A DNA stretch of 64,000 nucleotides from the NCBI GenBank assembly GCA_964276095.1, contig CAXYDR010000002.1, positions 23,589 through 87,588 on the forward strand, written 5' to 3'. Source of the stretch: an uncultured Flavobacteriaceae bacterium (GTDB taxonomy: Bacteria > Bacteroidota > Bacteroidia > Flavobacteriales > Flavobacteriaceae). Below the pieces are notes generated by a model. That model was not told where the DNA came from. It did no database searches and was given only the letters and a program-made list of their open reading frames with translations. Shown in pieces: positions 16,431 through 26,042 of the stretch. The first letter of the stretch is position 1, and the number at the start of each line of letters is the position of its first letter. The position numbers and the translations under genes were made by a program.

Positions 16431-18842
16431 ATGAAAAAAATTACCCTACTAGGATTATTGATGACCTTATTATTTGTTTGCAACCTACAAGCACAAAACC
16501 GAAATAGCTTAAAACTATCTGAAATCAATAAAGAATACCTAAGATCAAACCCTGAAAGAGGCGTATGTACATCTTATGAATACAACAACAAATTAAGACA
16601 GCAAGGTAAACTATCTTCAGCTGAAGCATTAGAAGAAGTTATTGCTCAGCAAATTATACAAGACAAGCTAGATGCTACACAAGGAAAATTGGCGCCAATT
16701 TATAGAATACCTGTAGTTGTACACGTAGTACATAATGGTGAAGCTATCGGTTCTGGCCCAAACATTTCAGACGCTCAAATATTAGCTCAAATTGAAGTCA
16801 TGAATGAAGACTTCAGAAAAATGGCAGGAACAAACGGAGCAAGTACAAATGCTGCAGGAGCAGATTCTTTTATTGAATTCTGTTTAGCAAAAATTGATCC
16901 TAACGGAAATGCAACAACAGGAATTACCCGACACAATGGAGGTCAAGCATCTTGGGCTGGTTCTGCTTTAGACGCATTCAAACCAGGATCAATATGGGAC
17001 CCTACTAAATACTGTAACATTTGGACTGCTACTTTAGGAGCTCAAGATTTAGGATATGCTCAGTTTCCTCATGCTAATGGAGTAATTACAGGTATGACTG
17101 GAGGTTATGGAGGTAGTACTGCAAATACTGATGGCGTTGTTATGGGAGCAACAACTTTTGGGTCTTCTCAAAAATACCCCGCAGGTAACTATAACGCTCC
17201 TTTTGACCTAGGAAGAACTGTTACTCATGAAGTAGGACACTGGTTAGGATTAAAACACATCTCTGGTGATGCAAATTGTGGCGATGACAATTGTGCAGAC
17301 ACGCCTACACAACAAGCTCAATCAAGTGGATGTCCCACAAACCAAAACACATGTGGTTCGCTTGATCAAATTGAAAACTACATGGATTACTCTAATGATT
17401 CGTGTATGAATACATTTACAAATGATCAGGTTGCACGTATGAGAGCTATCTTAAACCCTGTTAATAATATTGTAAACAGAGGCTCTTTAGTTTCAATAGA
17501 CGCAGTACCTACAGCTTGTGACACTACGCCTGATTTCACAGTTATAGCTACAGATAGTACAGTATCTGCTTGTACAGGGGTGAATGCTGTATTTAATTTT
17601 TCATTTGGCATAGAAAATGGATACAATACTACAACTACATTTAGTGCCTCAGGGAATCCAGTAGGGTCTTCAGTCGTTTTTAGTCCAACATCAAGAAATT
17701 CAGCCGGTTCTTTTACAATGACAATAAGTGGATTAGCTACACCTGGAAATTCTATTATTACTGTTTCTGCTGTAGGAACAACAACAAAAACTACAGTTGT
17801 TAACTTAACAGTTGTTGCTGGAGCACCAGCTTTAGCATCATTAACAACACCAACCAACAATTTAGCTGGTGTAACTATGCCAGTAAACTTAGTGTGGACT
17901 GCAGCTACTAATGCAGCTACGTATACTGTAGAGACAGCAACGAACAATACATTTACAGCAAATTTAATTTCAAACTCCGTTGCAACAACAAATTATAGCG
18001 CTACAGGACTAACTCAAGGAACTCAATATTTCTGGAGAGTTAAAGCAGTAAACGGGTGTGGAGAATCTTCTTATTCTTCAATTTTCAATTTTACTACTGC
18101 TTCTATTTCTTGTGTAACAACAGCAAATAGTAATAGTACTGCAATACCAAATGCTACGACAAACGGAACTGAAGCAGCGCCAGGAATTTCAACTATCAAC
18201 ATTACTAATGACGTAACTATAACTGACATTAATGTTACAGTGAATATTACTTACGGATATGTTGAAGATTTAAGATTGGTATTAACCAGCCCTACTGGAA
18301 CTACTATTGAATTATTCAAAAACCTTGCTAATAATAGTGGAGCAAACTTCACTAATACTATTTTTGATGATGCTGGAGCCACAGCTATAACATCCACTGT
18401 TCCAGCTAACGCTCCCTTTACAGCAACTTACTCTCCAGAAAACCCTTTATCAGTTTTAAACGGACAGAACAGCCTTGGAAACTGGACTTTATCTGCTTAT
18501 GATAACTGGACAGATGACACCGGAGCAATAACTTCATGGAGTATAGAAATTTGCGGGAGCCCAGTATTAGCTATTGAAGATACAAATATTGATAACACTT
18601 TTACTTTATGGCCTAATCCTAACAAAGGAACGTTCAATATTTCTTTTAATACAAAAGGTAATGAATCAATTGCATTAACAGCATATGATATTAGAGGACG
18701 AAAGGTTACTGAGCAACGTTTTGAAACTAATTCAAACGTATTCAATCAAACCATTAATTTCAATTCCTTAGCTAAAGGAATTTATATATTAAAAATACAA
18801 ACTGGAAATACTGAGTTATTTAAAAGATTAGTTATTAAATAA
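16431..18842 (+). CDS. M43 (pappalysin/cytophagalysin-like) zinc metalloprotease with FN3-like region, proprotein-convertase P domain and T9SS C-terminal sorting domain
   Basis: Signal peptide MKKITLLGLL, HEVGHWLGLKHISGD, a P-domain-like segment DLRLVLTSPTGTTIELF, and a C-terminal WPNPNKGTFNISF...GIYILKIQTGN Por sorting domain. Confidence 0.85.
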   Translation: MKKITLLGLLMTLLFVCNLQAQNRNSLKLSEINKEYLRSNPERGVCTSYEYNNKLRQQGKLSSAEALEEVIAQQIIQDKLDATQGKLAPIYRIPVVVHVVHNGEAIGSGPNISDAQILAQIEVMNEDFRKMAGTNGASTNAAGADSFIEFCLAKIDPNGNATTGITRHNGGQASWAGSALDAFKPGSIWDPTKYCNIWTATLGAQDLGYAQFPHANGVITGMTGGYGGSTANTDGVVMGATTFGSSQKYPAGNYNAPFDLGRTVTHEVGHWLGLKHISGDANCGDDNCADTPTQQAQSSGCPTNQNTCGSLDQIENYMDYSNDSCMNTFTNDQVARMRAILNPVNNIVNRGSLVSIDAVPTACDTTPDFTVIATDSTVSACTGVNAVFNFSFGIENGYNTTTTFSASGNPVGSSVVFSPTSRNSAGSFTMTISGLATPGNSIITVSAVGTTTKTTVVNLTVVAGAPALASLTTPTNNLAGVTMPVNLVWTAATNAATYTVETATNNTFTANLISNSVATTNYSATGLTQGTQYFWRVKAVNGCGESSYSSIFNFTTASISCVTTANSNSTAIPNATTNGTEAAPGISTINITNDVTITDINVTVNITYGYVEDLRLVLTSPTGTTIELFKNLANNSGANFTNTIFDDAGATAITSTVPANAPFTATYSPENPLSVLNGQNSLGNWTLSAYDNWTDDTGAITSWSIEICGSPVLAIEDTNIDNTFTLWPNPNKGTFNISFNTKGNESIALTAYDIRGRKVTEQRFETNSNVFNQTINFNSLAKGIYILKIQTGNTELFKRLVIK

Positions 18843-18872
18843 AATCATAGGACCAACCAAATAATTTAAAAA

Positions 18873-18901
18873 ATGACTCGCTATGTGAGTCATTTTTTTT
18901 G
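18873..18901 (+). terminator. rho-independent terminator
   Basis: Stem ATGACTC / GAGTCAT (18873-18879 / 18887-18893) followed by T8. Confidence 0.75.
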
Positions 18902-18913
18902 CTTAAAATATAC

Positions 18914-18921
18914 TACCTTTG
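18914..18921 (+). promoter_or_regulatory. candidate -7 box (TACCTTTG)
   Basis: Exact TAnnTTTG match 19 nt upstream of the ATG at 18941. Confidence 0.45.
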
Positions 18922-18940
18922 TAATATAAATTATATTTCA

Positions 18941-19147
18941 ATGAAACTTCTCTTACTTACTTTTGGTCTACTATCTTTAGCTGTTATAGGAATTGCTATA
19001 AAACTTTGGGCAAAAAAAGATGGTAAATTTGCTGGTACTTGTGCTAGCCAAAACCCAATGCTTAATAAAGATGGTGAAGCTTGTGGATTTTGCGGAAAAC
19101 CAGCCGATGAAATCGGTAACTGTGACGAACCTCAACACGAAGATTAA
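18941..19147 (+). CDS. small single-TM Cys-rich membrane protein (architecture reminiscent of NqrM/DUF539)
   Basis: 68 aa from ATG 18941. One N-terminal TM helix is followed by GTCA..x14..CGFCG..x9..CDEP. The ORF-track TTG at 18899 lies upstream of the candidate promoter box. Confidence 0.55.
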   Translation: MKLLLLTFGLLSLAVIGIAIKLWAKKDGKFAGTCASQNPMLNKDGEACGFCGKPADEIGNCDEPQHED

Positions 19148-19174
19148 TAACTTCTCCTCTATCCTACCCAATAT

Positions 19175-20281
19175 ATGCTTACAATTTTACTATATGCTTT
19201 TATAGCTGTTACTAGTATTCAACTTATTTATTTTCTATTAATTTTTAGCAGATTCTCTTTTTCAAAAAAGAATAAATCTGTAGAAGGTAATATTCCTGTT
19301 TCAGTACTGATTTGCGCAAAAAACGAAGCAGAAAATTTGAAAGAATTTTTACCTTCAATTATTGATCAACAGTATCCTGACTTTGAAATTGTTTTAATTA
19401 ATGACGCTTCCTACGATGACACATTAGAAGTAATGGAATCCTTTCAAGAGAAACACCCAAACATTAAAATTGTAAATGTAGAAAACAACGAAGCTTTTTG
19501 GGGTAGTAAAAAATACGCACTAACACTAGGTATTAAAGCTAGCTCAAATGATTATTTACTATTAACTGATGCTGATTGTACTCCAAAATCTAATCAATGG
19601 ATTTCAAGTATGAGCGCTAGTTTTTCTGAAAAGAAAACATTTATTTTAGGGTATGGAGCCTACAAAAAGAAAAAATACTCAATACTTAATGCTTTAATAC
19701 GATTTGAAACACTCCTAACAGCAATTCAATATTTTTCATATGCCAAAGTTGGGAATCCTTATATGGGAGTTGGGAGAAATTTAGCATATCATAAAACTGA
19801 ATTTTTTAATGCCAATGGTTTCATGAATCATATGAAAATTCGTTCTGGCGATGACGATTTGTTTGTTAACCAATTAGCTACAAAAAAAAATACTTGCATT
19901 GAATTTTCAGAAGAATCACATACGCTATCAAACCCTTCAAAAACATTTTCTGAATGGTTCAAGCAAAAAAGAAGACATGTTTCTACTGCTAACCATTACA
20001 AAGGAAAAGATCAGCTCTTTTTGGGATTATTCTATTTATCTCAAATTCTGTTCTGGACACTATTCATTATCTTAATAAGTTTTCTTTTCCAATGGGAATT
20101 GGTGTTAATCATTTTCTGTACACGAATTTTGATTCAATATCTTGTTTATGGGTTTTCAGCTAAAAAACTAAAAGAGCAAGATCTAATTTTAGCAATTCCT
20201 TTTTTAGAAGTCTTTTTAATTCTATTTCAATTAACTATATTTATAACTAATAGGTTTTCAAAACCAAATCATTGGAATTAA
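19175..20281 (+). CDS. family 2 glycosyltransferase with a C-terminal membrane domain
   Basis: VSVLICAKNEAENL, DASYDDT and LLLTDADC (DxD) motifs with C-terminal TM helices. It contains an in-frame A9 tract at 19882-19890. Confidence 0.85.
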   Translation: MLTILLYAFIAVTSIQLIYFLLIFSRFSFSKKNKSVEGNIPVSVLICAKNEAENLKEFLPSIIDQQYPDFEIVLINDASYDDTLEVMESFQEKHPNIKIVNVENNEAFWGSKKYALTLGIKASSNDYLLLTDADCTPKSNQWISSMSASFSEKKTFILGYGAYKKKKYSILNALIRFETLLTAIQYFSYAKVGNPYMGVGRNLAYHKTEFFNANGFMNHMKIRSGDDDLFVNQLATKKNTCIEFSEESHTLSNPSKTFSEWFKQKRRHVSTANHYKGKDQLFLGLFYLSQILFWTLFIILISFLFQWELVLIIFCTRILIQYLVYGFSAKKLKEQDLILAIPFLEVFLILFQLTIFITNRFSKPNHWN

Positions 20282-20838
20282 ATAACGACATACTATTACA
20301 GCAGATTGTGAAAGCTAAGAAGGGCAACCAGAGTGCGTTTAATTTTTTATTGGACACATATTGGAAAGAAGTTTATGGATTTCAGTTAAAAAGAACTCAA
20401 AATGAAATTGATGCTGAAGACATCACTATACAAACATTTTCTAAAGCCTTTAATAAAATTGACTTATTCAACGAAGAATATAAATTTAGTACATGGTTAA
20501 TCACTATATCTAAAAATATTCATCATGATATTTTACGCAAAAAGAAGACATCTATCACTTTAAATAATTTGAACAAAGATCATCATGTGCTTCCTGATAT
20601 TATTGATGACGCTCCTTCAGCAGAAGATAAAATTATCAATGAACAAAATTTAGCAAAATTATTACGTGATATAAAAAAATTGAAGCCTCATTACCAGGAA
20701 GTAATTCAATTACGATACTTTCAGGAAATGAGTTATAAAGAAATTGCTAAAGAAATTAATGAGCCAATGACAAACGTAAAAGTAAAGTTATTACGTGCTC
20801 GAAAACTACTAGCAGAAATTATTCAGCAAAAAAAATAA
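20272..20838 (+). CDS. sigma-70 family (ECF-type) RNA polymerase sigma factor
   Basis: Region 2 (DAEDITIQTF...FSTWLITISKN) and region 4 HTH (MSYKEIAKEINEPMTNVKVKLLRARKLL). The TTG start overlaps the GT2 stop by 10 nt, and no anti-sigma gene is adjacent. Confidence 0.85.
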   Translation: MELNNDILLQQIVKAKKGNQSAFNFLLDTYWKEVYGFQLKRTQNEIDAEDITIQTFSKAFNKIDLFNEEYKFSTWLITISKNIHHDILRKKKTSITLNNLNKDHHVLPDIIDDAPSAEDKIINEQNLAKLLRDIKKLKPHYQEVIQLRYFQEMSYKEIAKEINEPMTNVKVKLLRARKLLAEIIQQKK

Positions 20839-20882
20839 CATACTTTCCTATAATTTAATGCTCCTTAATAAATTTTATTAGC

Positions 20883-21621
20883 ATGAATATAGATGCATTC
20901 ATCTTTTGTTATAATGAAGAAAAAATGATTCGTCATACACTTAATCATTATTCTAAATTCTGTGATAAAATTACTGTAATGGATAATTGTAGTAATGATG
21001 AAACTATTGCTATAATTACTAATGAGTATCGAAATGTAAAAATCATCTCTTTTGAAACTAACAACCAATGTAGAGAAGATATACAAACTAATTTAAAAAA
21101 CACTTGCTGGAAAAAAAGTAAAGCTGACTATGTAATTGTCTGTGATATGGATGAGTTCTTATATAGTGACAACTTTAATTTAGAGTTTGAAAAGCTTCAA
21201 AAATACAAACCTTCTGTTTGCAGTATTATTGGCTATGAAATGTTCTCTAAGAAGTTTCCTGCAAAATATAACAAATCTATTTTAGAGCAAGTAAAATATG
21301 GCGTAAGAAATTATAGGTTTGATAAAACGATTCTTTTTAGCCCCAAATATATAAAAGAAATTAATTATGATTATGGTGCTCATACTTGTAATCCTGAATT
21401 CAAAAATAGATGTAAAAAAAAATCATCTTATTGAATTTAAATTATTACACTACAAGTACCTCGACAGAAAAGCGATAGTCGAGAAGCATAAAAAATATGC
21501 TTCTCGATTAAGTGATATTAATATTAAACAATCATTGGGAATAGAATACCAAGACGGAGAAAACCACATCAATGAAAAATTTAAATATGCAAAAAAACAC
21601 GCATTTAAAATAATACCATAA
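20883..21621 (+). pseudogene. family 2 glycosyltransferase (Glyco_tranf_2_4-like) disrupted by a frameshift in an A9 tract
   Basis: ORFs 20883-21434 and 21367-21621 are two halves of one gene (N-terminal FCYNEEKMI...DNCSNDET...CDMDEF; C-terminal LLHYKYL). Removing one A from A9 (21414-21422) gives one continuous ORF of about 245 aa. Confidence 0.75.
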
Positions 21622-21640
21622 ATAATACTAATTTTCTGTT

Positions 21641-21648
21641 TATCTTTG
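21641..21648 (+). promoter_or_regulatory. candidate -7 box (TATCTTTG) for lipA
   Basis: Exact TAnnTTTG match 23 nt upstream of the ATG at 21672. Confidence 0.45.
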
Positions 21649-21671
21649 TCTACCCTTAGAAATAAATTTTT

Positions 21672-22544
21672 ATGAACACAGATCAATCTAGCGTATTACC
21701 TCCAAAAGGAAAACCAAAATGGTTAAAAGTAAAACTACCTGTTGGAAAAAAATATACTGAATTAAGAGGTTTAGTAGACAAATACAAGTTAAATACAATT
21801 TGTACCTCTGGTAGTTGCCCAAATATGGGGGAATGCTGGGGAGAAGGAACTGCTACCTTTATGATTTTAGGGAATACTTGTACACGATCATGTGGATTTT
21901 GTGGAGTAAAAACTGGTAGACCAGAAACTGTAGATTGGGATGAACCTGAAAAAATAGGTAGGTCTATAAAGATTATGAACATTAAACATGCTGTATTAAC
22001 TTCTGTTGATAGAGATGATTTAAAAGACATGGGAACTATTATTTGGTCTGAAACTGTTAAAGCAGTCCGAAGAATGAATCCAAATACAACTCTAGAAACT
22101 TTGATCCCTGATTTTCAAGGAATAGAAAGACATTTAGATACAATGATTGCTGTTGCTCCAGAAGTTATTTCACATAACATGGAAACAGTAAAAAGATTAA
22201 CTAGAGAAGTACGTATACAAGCAAAATATGAACGTAGTTTAGAAGTATTACGATATTTAAAAGCTAACGGACAACGAAGAACTAAAACCGGTATCATGCT
22301 TGGTTTAGGAGAGACGAAAGAAGAAGTTATTGAAACTTTACACGATATTAGAAATGCAAATGTAGATATTGTAACCATTGGCCAATACCTACAACCAAGT
22401 AAGAAACATTTACCCGTACAACGTTTTGTTACTCCAGATGAGTTTGCTGAGTATGAAAAAATCGGAAAAGAGCTTGGTTTTAGACATGTAGAAAGTGGTG
22501 CATTAGTCCGTTCTTCATACAAAGCTCATAAACATATTTTATAG
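21672..22544 (+). CDS. lipA: lipoyl synthase
   Basis: Radical-SAM [10 protein letters not shown] plus an N-terminal CxxxxCxxxxxC cluster ([12 protein letters not shown]). Confidence 0.97.
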   Translation: MNTDQSSVLPPKGKPKWLKVKLPVGKKYTELRGLVDKYKLNTICTSGSCPNMGECWGEGTATFMILGNTCTRSCGFCGVKTGRPETVDWDEPEKIGRSIKIMNIKHAVLTSVDRDDLKDMGTIIWSETVKAVRRMNPNTTLETLIPDFQGIERHLDTMIAVAPEVISHNMETVKRLTREVRIQAKYERSLEVLRYLKANGQRRTKTGIMLGLGETKEEVIETLHDIRNANVDIVTIGQYLQPSKKHLPVQRFVTPDEFAEYEKIGKELGFRHVESGALVRSSYKAHKHIL

Positions 22545-22547
22545 CTC

Positions 22548-23549
22548 TTGAAAAATAAAACAAGAATAGCAATAAACGGTTTTGGTAGAATTGGTAGAAG
22601 TCTTTTTAGATTGCTTATCGACAACCCTACTATTGAAGTTGTTGCTATTAATGACTTAGCAGACTCTAAAACATTAGCACACTTACTAAAGTACGACAGT
22701 ATTCATGGAGTTAGTAACGCTACAATTTCTGCAAATGACGATCAAATACTAATAAACAATACTATAATTCCGATAAGTAACAACCAAACCATTGAAACAA
22801 TTAACTGGAAACCTTTTAATGTTGACATTGTAATTGAAGCTACAGGGAAATTTAAAACTTCTACAGAATTAAACCACCATTTAAATAACGGAGCTAAAAA
22901 AGTAATATTAGCCGTACCTCCACAATCAGATGATATTAAAATGGTTGTTATTGGAGTAAATGAAGCTATTTTAGACGGAACAGAAACAATTGTTTCTAAT
23001 GCTTCATGTACTACAAACAATGCCGCACCTATGATTAAGGTTATAGATGAGTTATGTGGAATTGAACAAGCGTACATTACAACAATACACTCTTTTACCA
23101 CAGATCAAAGTTTACACGATCAGCCACATAGAGATTTAAGACGAGCACGAGCTGCTACACAGTCTATAATTCCAACTACAACTGGCGCTGCAAAAGCATT
23201 AACAAGTATTTTTCCTAAACTATCCAATACAATTGGCGGCTGTGGAATTAGAGTTCCAGTACCAGACGGTTCTTTAACTGACATTACTTTTAATGTAACA
23301 AATGAAACTAGTATAGAAGCGATCAACAATGCCTTTAAAAAAGCAGCTAACACTAACTTAAAAGGAATACTAGATTATACTGAAGACCCAATAGTATCAG
23401 TAGACATCATTAACAACCCTTACTCTTGTACTTTTGATGCGCAATTAACTTCTGTTATTGGTAAAATGGTAAAAATTGTTGGCTGGTATGATAATGAAAT
23501 AGGCTACAGTAATCGACTGGTTGATTTAATCAAAATTTTAAGTAGATAA
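22548..23549 (+). CDS. gap: type I glyceraldehyde-3-phosphate dehydrogenase
   Basis: INGFGRIGR NAD motif, catalytic SNASCTTN, and WYDNE. TTG start lies 3 nt after the lipA stop. Confidence 0.95.
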   Translation: MKNKTRIAINGFGRIGRSLFRLLIDNPTIEVVAINDLADSKTLAHLLKYDSIHGVSNATISANDDQILINNTIIPISNNQTIETINWKPFNVDIVIEATGKFKTSTELNHHLNNGAKKVILAVPPQSDDIKMVVIGVNEAILDGTETIVSNASCTTNNAAPMIKVIDELCGIEQAYITTIHSFTTDQSLHDQPHRDLRRARAATQSIIPTTTGAAKALTSIFPKLSNTIGGCGIRVPVPDGSLTDITFNVTNETSIEAINNAFKKAANTNLKGILDYTEDPIVSVDIINNPYSCTFDAQLTSVIGKMVKIVGWYDNEIGYSNRLVDLIKILSR

Positions 23550-23690
23550 TCTACTCTATTAATATTACAAGAAAACTATTTGGCACGAATTACTCAAATA
23601 GTGTATCTTTATTTCCTTTAAAACTAGCACTTTATTTATCTCTATAGTTTGTAGATAATTAATTGCGAGTTACATATTAACAACACATAC

Positions 23691-25895
23691 ATGAAACCAC
23701 TTATAAAACAGATTATTTTCTGTGTCTTACTCTTAACTTCAACTTCATTTTTCGCCCAAAGCGATGCCCAAATTGAATATGAAATTCTTGACTATTTAGA
23801 GAAAGCAAAAGATGTAAAAAGGATTCTTGATTATGAAGAAGCATTAAAACATTGCAATTCCGCATTATCTCTAGCTATAAAAATTGACAACCCGGAGTAC
23901 CAAGCAAAGGTGTACCGTGAAATAGGTACAATTTTAATGGATAATAAAAAACTTCAGGAGTCCAGTATCAACCTAAATAAAGCCTCGAAAATTCAAAATG
24001 ATAATAAACTTCAGGAGGAGCTAGCAAAAACAAGAAATGCACAAGGATTACTGCATACCAAATTAGGCAACTATCATCAAGCTTTAGTTTACTTTGACGA
24101 AGCATTAAAAATTTATAAATCTTTATCGTTATTTAGTACTAGAACCAAAATTTTCAAAAACAAAGGGAAATTATATTTACGAAAAGAGGATTTTAGCAAA
24201 GCAAATAAAGCATTTGACCTAGCTTACAAGGAAGCAAAAAGATTTGAACAAACAAGAGAACAGGCTGACATATTACTTCAGAAATCCCAAGCTTTAAACG
24301 AATTAAACCTACATACAGATGCAATTAATAGTTGTAAGAAAGCTATTGATATTGGTATGGCGAATAAATATCAATTGATTATTACTACTGGATATAAAAC
24401 CCTTAGTACTATTTATGAAGACAATGGAGACCCTTCAAAGGCAATTGAACTACTAAAGACGCATAATAAGTTAATGGATAGTATCTATAGTATTAACGAA
24501 GTTCGACTGTCTGCAGAGTCAATTGCAAAATTAGATTTCGACAAACAGGATAGACTTATTGAGCAAAAAGAAGAAATTATTCAACAAAAAGAAGAACAGT
24601 TAAAACAGAAAGAAATATTAACCTTTTTAGGATTAGCTTTTTTAATTTTATTCTTTTCATTCATCATCTTTTTATTCAACAATAATCAAAAAAGGAAGAA
24701 GGCTAATTTATTATTACAGAGTACTAATTACCAGCTTGTCATTGCTAAAGATGAAGCAGAAAAAGCCACAAAAGCTAAAGCTAATTTTCTTTCAACAATT
24801 ACACATGAGTTAAGAACTCCTTTATACACCGTTACAGGTTTAACAGATTTATTATTAGACGAAGATCCAAAAGAATCTCAAAAAGGGTATTTAAAATCTT
24901 TGCGCTTCTCAGGAGATTACTTACTAACATTTATTAATGACATACTTGATGTAAACAAAATTGAAGCTAAAAAGGTGGAGCTAGAAAAAATACCTTTCGA
25001 TTTAAAAAAATTAACAGAAGAAGTTTTGTTTACCCAAAACAAAGCAGCAAAAGACAATAACACCAAGCTTCATTTAAACTATGAAGAAAATATTCCAAAG
25101 TATTTATTAGGTGATTCTTTACGACTTTCTCAAATCCTAATTAACCTAACTAGTAATGCAATCAAATTTACGAAAAACGGAAATGTAAATTTGAATGTTA
25201 AAAAAACTGACGCCACATTAAATACTATTGACTTACTAGTTGAGGTAAAAGATAGTGGAATTGGTATTTCCTATGACAAGCAGGATGAAATATTTGAGAG
25301 TTTCTCCCAAGGATCTGTGGAGATTAACAGAAAATATGGTGGTACTGGTTTAGGCTTAACCATAGTTAAAAATTTATTAGAAATTATGGGTAGTAAAATT
25401 CAATTAAAGAGTCAACCAAATGTTGGAACAACTTTTTACTTTGAAATCACTCTTGACCTTGCTAAAATAGAAAGTATTGACGTGCCAAAAACCACAGAGA
25501 TATTCCCAACAGACTTGCTTGAAATACTTCAAAATAAAAATGTTTTATTAGTAGATGATGTCAAAATAAATCAACTTATCACACAAAAAACACTTACTAA
25601 AAAAGAAATTAATTGTGTAACTGCTAATAATGGTGAAGAAGCGGTTTTGAAAGCTCAAGAACAGCAATTTGATTTAATACTAATGGATATTCATATGCCT
25701 GGTATTGGAGGAATAGAAGCCACTAAACAAATACGTGCATTTGATACTACAACACCTATTATAGCACTTACCGCTATTACTATTGAAAAAGAAGATTTAA
25801 TACGATTTAATGAAGCAGGTTTTGACGATATATTATCCAAGCCCTTTAAATCTGACACCTTCTTTAAAAAAATACACCAACAATTGACAAAATAA
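23691..25895 (+). CDS. TPR-containing hybrid sensor histidine kinase/response regulator
   Basis: Signal peptide, TPR-like repeats, a coiled coil, one TM helix, the HisKA H-box ITHELRTPL, HATPase N/G boxes, and a C-terminal receiver (LILMDIHMPGIGG). Confidence 0.9.
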   Translation: MKPLIKQIIFCVLLLTSTSFFAQSDAQIEYEILDYLEKAKDVKRILDYEEALKHCNSALSLAIKIDNPEYQAKVYREIGTILMDNKKLQESSINLNKASKIQNDNKLQEELAKTRNAQGLLHTKLGNYHQALVYFDEALKIYKSLSLFSTRTKIFKNKGKLYLRKEDFSKANKAFDLAYKEAKRFEQTREQADILLQKSQALNELNLHTDAINSCKKAIDIGMANKYQLIITTGYKTLSTIYEDNGDPSKAIELLKTHNKLMDSIYSINEVRLSAESIAKLDFDKQDRLIEQKEEIIQQKEEQLKQKEILTFLGLAFLILFFSFIIFLFNNNQKRKKANLLLQSTNYQLVIAKDEAEKATKAKANFLSTITHELRTPLYTVTGLTDLLLDEDPKESQKGYLKSLRFSGDYLLTFINDILDVNKIEAKKVELEKIPFDLKKLTEEVLFTQNKAAKDNNTKLHLNYEENIPKYLLGDSLRLSQILINLTSNAIKFTKNGNVNLNVKKTDATLNTIDLLVEVKDSGIGISYDKQDEIFESFSQGSVEINRKYGGTGLGLTIVKNLLEIMGSKIQLKSQPNVGTTFYFEITLDLAKIESIDVPKTTEIFPTDLLEILQNKNVLLVDDVKINQLITQKTLTKKEINCVTANNGEEAVLKAQEQQFDLILMDIHMPGIGGIEATKQIRAFDTTTPIIALTAITIEKEDLIRFNEAGFDDILSKPFKSDTFFKKIHQQLTK

Positions 25896-25978
25896 ATACT
25901 GGCATACTTATTGATTTATACTAAGTAAGTTAGTTTTTCAGGATTTTCAAAAAAATTCTAAATTGGTTAGTTTTTTAA

Positions 25979-26005
25979 GAGGCCTATTTTATAGGCTTCT
26001 TCTTT
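25979..26005. terminator. terminator between the convergent kinase gene and lpxK
   Basis: Stem GAGGCCTAT / ATAGGCTTC (one G-U pair) with loop TTT and a T-rich tail. Confidence 0.55.
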
Positions 26006-26042
26006 TTAACCATTCTTTGTATTTATTTAAAATCTAATTATT

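Noticed and set aside
17426-17947. A 173-aa ORF antisense to the M43 protease gene.
   Set aside because: It falls in the Thr/Asn/Ala-rich repeat region of the protease. The antisense frame is V/A/T-rich low complexity with no start context or promoter.
24541-24610. A near-tandem repeat (CAAAAAGAAGAA twice) in the kinase gene.
   Set aside because: It encodes the EQKEEIIQQKEEQLKQKE coiled-coil linker before the TM helix, so it is compositional rather than a repeat element.
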